Positions 11,922 to 64,000 of a stretch of DNA of 64,000 bases are shown one piece after another. The DNA is from the human T2T-CHM13v2.0 reference genome, Homo sapiens, in NCBI RefSeq assembly GCF_009914755.1, contig NC_060926.1. The stretch is one strand, 5' to 3'. Within the stretch, counting starts at the first letter, position 1; each line of letters starts with the position of its first letter. The position numbers and the translations under genes were made by a program. The notes under the pieces were generated by a model. It saw only the letters and a list, made by a program, of their open reading frames with translations. It did not search any database and was not told the origin of the DNA.

Positions 11922-14724
11922 CTGCAATGTCAGCTAGTGGTGCCCAGAGGCAGAGGTGGTAGGCAGTCCCTCAGGATGGAGCCAGCTGAGATGGTAAACT
12001 CAGGGCTGTGCCCAGTCCAGCTCGATGTCCCTATGGCTGGAGGTCAGCACAGATCTCTCTACCTAGCCAGGCCTAGTGGCCAGTCTGCATCAGGGCCCTG
12101 GGGACAGACGCCAGTCCCAGTCTCACCTCATCTTCTCCTGCCTACTCTTATACCACCACCCTCTCCCCAGGGAGTGCCATCAAGGTAAATAGTGGGACTG
12201 CGTAGCTGGGAGAGCAAGCAAGCTTGCACATCATTGCCAAAGCTATTAACACCCACGTGCCAGTGTCTGATGATGTTGACAGCTCAGCCCCAACAAGCTG
12301 ATGACACCATGCCATGCCATCCCATGCCACGCCACCTCAATCCCCTGCTACACAGCCAAAGGCTCAGAGGCCCATTCCAGAGTGACTGCAGTGAGGATAA
12401 AGAGATTTCCCCAGCTGGTAAGTTGCCATGGCTGGGGCTAGAAAGGCTGTCTTTCCTCCCTGGACCCCTTGTCCAGTGGAAGCTTTTCTGGGCAGATGAT
12501 CTCCTCTGAACACAGGCCAGGGGGATATATGGGGTCAGTGCCTGATGCTTGGGGCTGTTGGAGCCAGGAGCCTCCCATTGCGGTCTGGAGCACATGAGAT
12601 TCCCAGGGAAAGACTAGGAGCCTTTGGTTATTTCTTTTGGATTTGAAGGACAGATTATAGCTCCCATGGACAGAATGCAAAGGGAATTAAGTGAGGGAAA
12701 GATTAGCCCCATAGCAGGTGGTCCTACAGGATCCCCCTGGTGGGCAGAGCATCAAATTTCACAACACTTCTCTCCCCAGAGCCATCTCCTGGCCCTGCCA
12801 CGTGGGACCAGGACACAGGGGATTTCAGCTCTAAAAGATCCAGGGAAGTTTCTCCCATGTACCAGGACCCAGCAGCCATACTAGCCTTCTCCATGGGACC
12901 CCCCTCCCCAGAATGGAGATGGAGTGGACATGGGTTTTATGCGGTATCTGCTAGCACAGGGTCTGTATTGAGTCTCCATGGCTTGAACTTGGCCACTCCC
13001 TGGCTGTGGTACAGAGGAAAGGGTTCTGGCCTCTGCCTTAGTCGCAGAGCAGCCTTAGGCAACTTACTAATCCTCTTGGGGTTGTCTTATCAGTCAGACT
13101 GGAGTAGAAATACCACTGCTGCTCATGGCCATGGTGATCCAGTCTTGTATCATGAGTGGGAAAGAACACTGGGCTTGGATCAGGGAACCCAAAACCCAGT
13201 ACAGGCCCTTGCCTGCCTCTTTCCTTGCCTCAGTGTCCTCCTCTGTACGATGGGAAGAGGACTGGACTAGGTGGCTGTTAAGGTCCAGGTGCTCACTGAC
13301 CAGTTCTGACCTAGTCCCAGTTGCTTTCCTGCCACTGGGTGGGATTCTCCCCAAGAAGGGGAGAAGGAAGGGGCACACTCGGACATCCACAAGCTCGGAT
13401 GGATGGGAGAATCCCGTTTGGGTCTCTGGTCCTTCTGAGATGGTACTAAGGGGGACGCTCTTCGGGTGCCTTCTGCTAGGACAAATGGTGCTTCCTCCAC
13501 AGGGTAGTGGGGGCCCTGTGGCCCAGGCTGTATGATGATTGCAGTGGATGCTCTACTCAGACTCAGAGTCCAGGAGAGAAGGGCCTATTGTCCAGACTCT
13601 CCTAAAAAGTGGGTGCATGAGCTGAGGGCTGCTCCTTGCTGGCTCAGAATCAAGAGCCTTCCCGGCTTCATCCTGCGGGTGTTCAGGACATTTCACAGGT
13701 GCAGCTCACAGTCACGCTGGGGACACATTAATGGATGCAGGGAGAAGACTTGGATCAGAGCCTCCTTTTAAACTTACTAGTTGGGTGATCTTAGTTGAGA
13801 CTCTTAACGCCCTGAGGAATGTAGCTGGTATTAAATGAGACAACATTTATAAATTCGAATAACAAGATGCCTGGCACCTACTAGGTGCTCAACAAATGGT
13901 ATTTAAATTTGGACCTGGATTGTAGGAGCTCCCGTGGGTTACAGATGGCCAAAGATGTTGACCCTCCGGGCCCTTCAGGACTGCCAGGAGGGGCTTGGGG
14001 CTGTTTAGGACCTCTAGCTGATCATCTCAGGCCAAAGACTGCCTTCTCTGGTTTCCTTCTGTGCTCTTCAAAGATCACCATCTTCCGTGAGTTGGGAGGA
14101 GTACAGGTTGGGAAGCAAAGCACTAATAAAGTTCCCAGTCATTGCTAAAAGGGCTCTGGGGGTCTAGGAGGCCCTGAGTCTGAAATGGTAAGAGGGAGAG
14201 GAGAAAGAAAGGGACCAAAAGGCAGAGTAGCCGTGTGGCTTGGAGGATGCCTGGGCTTCCCATCACATTGCCACTGCCACGGTGGGGAAGGGATGAGATG
14301 AGCTTACACCGCATTCAAAGGAATGGAATCCATGCTGCCAGTCTCACAGCTGAGGAAACAGAGGCATAAGGAAGAGGAAATGACTGCGGGTGATCATAGG
14401 CATCACCGTGGATCTGGGACTCCAGCCCACACATCCTGGTGCTCAGTGACGGGCCTTCCTCAGGCACCAGAAACCAGCCCTTTCCCGCCTACTCCCTGAC
14501 TTCTCAGAGAGAAGTCCTAGCACTTTACCCAGTGTCTTTTCCATGGGTTTCCCATCTGGAGAGGCTGCCAGGTCAGCCTGATTTTGTCAGCGCTGAGTAG
14601 CCTGTCCTGGCATCCTGCTATGTCCAGTGAACCTTTGCCTTGTCCGAGACAGCAGACATGGAGCCCTCTTGTCCCTCACTGCTGGGCACTAGGCAGGTCC
14701 CTGAGAGCTCTGGCTCTACTGGAA

Positions 14725-14904
14725 CAGTGGTTCTAGCCCTAACTGCACATCAGAATCTATTGATGAACTTTAAAAAGGATCAATGCCCATGTCCCACCCT
14801 GGACCAATTAAATCAGAATCTCTGAGAGTGAAGCCTGGGCACGAGTATTCTTTTAAAAAGTTCCCCAGGTGGTTCCAGTGTGCAGCCAGGATTGAGAACC
14901 ACTA
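14725..14904. mobile_element. MER5A-like hAT-Charlie MITE
   Basis: TIR-like ends cagtggttct / agaaccacta, 180 bp, internal aatcagaatctctg motif. Confidence 0.75.
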
Positions 14905-16151
14905 TGTGGAAGAATAATGCTGTGGCCTTGGGGAAGAGCTTGACCCATGAATCCCCATGTTACTTCTCCATTGTCTGTTCCCATCATGCTTCATGGTATT
15001 GGGCAATGTACCTCTCTTTTTCCTCAGCTTTCTATCCTAAAATATGCTTTTATTCCTTTTTACATCCTACTCTGCTGATCTGATCTTTTTATAGTGGTCT
15101 TGATCTCTTTCCTTTTATTCTGAGTTTCATTTATTTATTTATTCATCCAACATCCAACAAATGTCTGCTATGGCAGGCAGTATGCTAGGTGCTGGGAACA
15201 TAGCAAAGAACAAGACAGGCCAGGTCCCTTCCCTCATGGAGGGTGCATTCTGCTGGGATTTGCCCTGTCAGTGTTTCTGTTTTTATTAATAAGGCTGTGA
15301 TATTTGAAAACTGTATTTTTTTCTAGAAATATATTACTAGTACCTTCTTCATTTTATCTCTTCCTTTTTCATCCCTTAATTAAGCTCTTCTTGTCTTTAG
15401 TATCTCGATTATAAGCAAAGCCTCTGCCCAAGGAAAGCTAAGTCAGCCCAGTTACTTGCATTAGACAGTGTTTTGTATGCATGTACCCAGGTCTTATTGG
15501 AAATACACAGGAGCCCTGGCATCTAGGTAATATGCCAGGTTTGGAGAGTCGTAATCCAAGGTTTCTTTTACTTCTGTGAGTGGTAGGGGTGATGGAGAAC
15601 ACAGGCCAGTTAAACCAATTGTTTCTTTGCTCCTGGAGAATACTCAGCCAGTGAACAAAGATTTGTGGGGGGCCTGGTATGTGTAGAACACTGGGCTAGG
15701 TGCTCCTGGGGGAAGAGTTTTGAGGGTGCTAAGATAGTAGGAACAGAAAGGCCCAGCCCCTCTCTTGCTGGGAACATAGAACCATCTCCATGCAGAAGGC
15801 ATGAACAATGCAAAGCCATCAGGGTGAGGTTCAGTAGGAACTTCAGAAAAGCTGAAACTTGAGGCAGGAAATCCCCAGGGAATTACTGCCATAATGCAGA
15901 TTACCCTGAGATATATGGTACTCTGCTTCCACCCCTCCCACAGTTCTGGTGTGTACCCTCCCTCTTCCAGTGGTTTGTCTTCCTAAAACAGGCATCAAGG
16001 GGTCCTTGTCCAAGATGGCAGGCTGCTGGTGCACACTTCCCATCACATTGGCAGAGCTCAGTCAGGTGCCAGGGACTAAATTTTCCTCGTTGAAAGAAGA
16101 GGACAAGTTGATTTACTCTCTGTTTACAGTCATTAAAAAGCTTGACCTGAA

Positions 16152-16324
16152 GCTGGGTGTGGTGGCATGCACCTATAATTCCAGCTGCTCAGGAAGCTGA
16201 GGCAGGAGGATTGCTTGAGGCCAGAAGTTTAAGGCTATAGTGTGCAATGATAATGCATGTGAATAACTACTGCAGTCCAGTCTGGGCAACAGAACAAGAC
16301 CCTGTCTCTTAAAAAAAAAAAAAA
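16152..16324 (+). mobile_element. Monomeric Alu (FAM/FRAM-like)
   Basis: Single right-arm-type monomer with poly-A. Confidence 0.75.
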
Positions 16325-16511
16325 GCTTGCTTCTTCCTAAGACTCAGGGCCCTTTGTAGACATTGCTTCTAGCTCCTAACACAAGGGAATTGGGTCTAGC
16401 TACATCTTTAACCAGAAGGAAAAGCAAACCTGTTTTATTTTTCTCAAAATCTAGGGATTTCTTTGTGGATCTATTACTCTCTAAAGTTGTGGTGGTTTTC
16501 AGTTTTTTTTT

Positions 16512-17231
<720 letters not shown>

Positions 17232-17407
17232 GATGCTAATTCAGGGGCCTGTGCCTTTCCCAAAAGGAGCACCTGGTTGATTATTGCTAAAATCTGAAAT
17301 GGAGAATATTTCTCATCCCCTTTTATAGGACATGTCCTCTTAGGACATTTTCTAGCAAAAGTCAGAGAACAAAAGTTTATGGACAAGTGATGGAGCCTTT
17401 GACTTCA

Positions 17408-17625
<218 letters not shown>

Positions 17626-18497
17626 ATTTTTAAAAAGAGTGTCTAAGAAATGTTGCTTCCCCTACAGCCTCACAGTTGGTGAGGATTCCTTGATGCATGG
17701 ATGGAACTCAGAGATTTATTCTACCTAAAAGGACATCCAGTCTATCCCATACCAAAATGCCTTCCCAAAATTCAAATGTTTTTAAGGCATTTCTCAATTT
17801 TTCTAAATGTGAAAGGAGTTAGAGGAAGGATGGTAACCCAGTTGGGCTGTGGTAGTCCTGGAGAGAAGCAGTTAAGAGATGGAGCGAGTACCTGGAGCGT
17901 GGAACCAACTTACTTCTGCGCATGCCCCATGTCCTTTCCACCCCACCTCCAGCTGGCCTGCACATGAGTGGGGACCTTGGCCTATTCAGCCCAGGCAAGT
18001 TCAGTGATGCTCCTCAAAGCTGCTGGTGGCATGGAGCTGGGTAAACTCCTGACATCCTTAGTGGGACAGCAGCTCTGGCTTCTCATTGAACTTGGGGGCA
18101 GTTTGGTGAAGTTGACAAGTGTCTACATATCCAGGGGCATCTGTGCTCACTTGTCCCCCACAGACCTTGGCCTTGGGTGTATTTTCTTCTTCCTTTTCTG
18201 TGTGTCTGTGTGTGCTGCCCTCTTCTAGGCTCTGGAACTAGCTGATGGCCAGCTGGACTAAGTGTGTCAGTGTCCACACACCTCTGGCATGTCCCAATAC
18301 CCCCCTACAGTCCTGAGGCTTAGGCTAAGCCTTTGGCATTGGCTAAATCAGTGGTGACCCACAAGTCACATATTTTCTGAGCAGTTGAGAAAGGGAGACA
18401 ACATCCTAAAACCAGAGATTCAGGAACAAAGGGCCACTCACTTCGTCTTCACTTTCTACTCAAGACAATAGAGGTTATAACAGTAATTAAAAACAAT

Positions 18498-18782
<285 letters not shown>

Positions 18783-19609
18783 GTGATTTTTAAATATGAG
18801 AAAAGTGGGTCAGCCAGGAGATCAGAATCTGAGGTTGGGTCATGGGAACCAGCCCTAGAGTCTTAGCTAGACCTCAGAAGTCAGGATCCCAGCCTCACAC
18901 CCACAAGCATGGCCAGAAAGCAAGGATAATTTAAATATATTTGTTCCTATCAACCAAGGCAATTGTTTCTTGATATTTGTGTAAAAAATTTAAATTCTAC
19001 TCTCAAGGGTATTTGTCACTCAGGCTTTAAATGCCAGCTTTGTCTGCCCAGTTTAGACCCAGCCTGCATTCCTGACTTAGTTTACCCAAAGGAAACGGCT
19101 GATTTTGTCAAACTTGGTTCCCCCTCTCTGGCTTGTATCTCTGAATTCAACATGCAGACAACAAATCTATGGTGTGCACATCCACCCAACACAACTGGCC
19201 ACCCATGGGTTTGGAGATGGGGGGAACAGAACAAACCTCTCTGTGTCATGCAAACCAGGGAACCTAGCAGAGCTTCTGAGACACGGTGGGAACACGTTTC
19301 ACATTTGGAGGTAGGTTTATGGTTTACATTTGTTACAAGGTACTTTTGATCTCCTGGCTCACAGCTGAGAAAGCTGAGGCCACGTTAAGGGATACACCCA
19401 AGTTCCCACAGCTGTGGTTGATTTGGAATTCCGACCAGCACCTGGGATTCCCAGGCCCACGTTCTTCCCAGCAGACCCGAACACCGGCAATTTCTGGGCA
19501 CCCACCATCATGGAAGGCTGTATGGAGGCAGCTATGCGGCCCTGGTCTGTCAGTGTCTATGACTAGAACATGCTACCCATCATTGACTCATCTGCCTTAA
19601 GAACTCTTC

Positions 19610-19795
19610 CGCCTAAGTGTTAATATTTATCATTTACAGCCCGCCACTACCCCCTTTCAAAGGTGAACACAGTAAAATTTATGACAGGTGCTCTATCAGA
19701 ACACAGAGGAGCATAAAAGCAGGAGGAGGTGTGATAGCCCATCCATCTGCTGGAGCAGCTCTTCCAGAGGCCCGAGTCACCTGGAGCATTCTGGC
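19610..19795 (+). promoter_or_regulatory. Putative PLB1 proximal promoter and 5' UTR (CpG-poor, TATA-like)
   Basis: CATAAAA at 19712-19718 (TSS inferred near 19742); HNF1-like GTTAATATTTATC 19619-19631; TTCAAAG 19656-19662; CDX-like AGTAAAATTTATGAC 19671-19685; GATA motifs near 19627, 19693, 19732. Confidence 0.65.
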
Positions 19796-62853
<43,058 letters not shown>

Positions 62854-63530
62854 GTAAAAGGGGAAGTGGAATGAGACACGCATCTGTGACACGGCTGTCA
62901 CGTGTGCGGCCTGTGGGGGCCCTTCATGTGCCGTAATCTATGAGGGAGCCCTAAAGAACAGAGGCCAAAGGAGGCCGAGAAACACATGCGAGCTCACACC
63001 CGAGCGAGTGGCAGAGTCGGGGTGGGGTGGGCCCTCTGCCAAGCATTGTTTTGGGGACTGAGTCAAAGAATAAAATACTTTATTCTTTTATTCTGGTTGA
63101 TGTCGTGCCAGAGGCTCTCCTCCGTGCCAGAGTGATTTCAGAGTTCGCCTTGGCAAAACATCCATAAGCTAAGAAGTGTTACTTCTGGAAATTGGATAGA
63201 AAAACGTAGCCTAAATGTAGTTTAACTTCACAGAACTTGATTCCTATATATTTCTGAAAATGTTCATAGACTTTAAACTTTTTGGAGCCAAATCCTAAGA
63301 ATTCTGGCTCTGGACCTAGAAAAGAAGTTCATGTGGAAAAAGTCAGGGCAAGGGCGGTGGAGAAAAGAGAGTGCTGGAAAGGAGAGAAGTGGGGTGCTGG
63401 GGAAGGAGGGCTCTGAAGAGGATGCAAGACAGAGAAGGTACAGGGGAGGGAAAGGGGAATGGGATGTGGGTGTCTGGTGTGAAGAACAATGAGCGGGGAG
63501 GAGGAGGACTGAGAGATGAAGGGGGAAAAA

Positions 63531-63862
63531 GAGCTTCCCTCTATCCCATAGTCACCCCCTAGGAAGAGCTTTCCTCCATTCCATATCTACCCCCCAGGAA
63601 AAGCTTCCCTCTATCCCATAGCCACCCTCCAGGGAGAGCTTCCCTCCATCCCATACCCACCCCCCAGGGAGAGCTTCCCTCCATCCCATACCTACCCCCC
63701 AGGGAGAGCTTCCCTCCATCCCATACCTACCCCCTAACCCATACCCACCCCCTAGGGAGAGCTTCCCTCCATCCCATATCGACCCCCTAGGAAGAACGTC
63801 CCTCCATCCAATACCCACCCCCCAGGAACAGCTTCCCTCCATCCCATACCCAACCCCCAAGA
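63531..63862. repeat. 35-bp minisatellite, ~9.5 copies, PLB1 intron 11
   Basis: gagcttccctccatcccatacccaccccccaggga units start at 63531, 63566, 63601, 63636, 63671, 63706, 63759, 63794, 63829. Confidence 0.93.
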
Positions 63863-64000
63863 AGGGACCACCCACCCTCTATTCTTCTCAACATTTATGT
63901 CCTCTAAGACTTATGCTTCTTCATCCCTACTCCTTAAGCAACTCCTATGCCCCTTCTTCCATAAGAGGCGGGCTGGATGCATCCCCTTCCCTGCCCACAC

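Noticed and set aside
12740-13535. 176-aa and 136-aa overlapping ORFs
   Set aside because: No recognisable homology or exon context; one starts at a non-ATG codon; length compatible with chance in GC-richer DNA.
63531-63875. Repeat array as a CRISPR array or Gly-rich protein (107-aa minus ORF)
   Set aside because: Head-to-tail units with no unique spacers, eukaryotic intron; the ORF is just the minisatellite translation.

Overview
Primate (very likely human) genomic DNA, rich in Alu, L1, L2, MIR, LTR and DNA-transposon fossils. It contains the promoter and first 11 coding exons of PLB1 (membrane-associated phospholipase B1, GDSL/SGNH family) on the + strand, recognised from memory of the protein sequence. 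The exons are 19796-19850, 40498-40559, 42156-42222, 43389-43447, 48942-48982, 49580-49620, 52992-53082, 53403-53454, 55783-55869, 61994-62056 and 62774-62853. All introns are GT-AG, phases match, and the exons join into 698 nt of open frame (232 codons plus 2 nt) that continues past the window end. The first ~19.7 kb is intergenic/upstream. Nearly all ORFs in the supplied track are repeat-derived or chance frames. I cannot support a new biological system here. The most unusual signal is a cluster of short templated-copy events: two ~50-bp inverted repeats with ~630-bp spacers (one perfect over 49 bp), a 36-bp copy from 3 kb away inserted in an Alu, a 17-bp micro-inversion in an Alu 5' end, and a MADE1 MITE filled with hairpin DNA. 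Other points of interest are an enterocyte-type HNF1/GATA/CDX promoter module, several in-frame alternative splice sites and a candidate poison exon. Repeat subfamily calls and boundaries are by eye and approximate.
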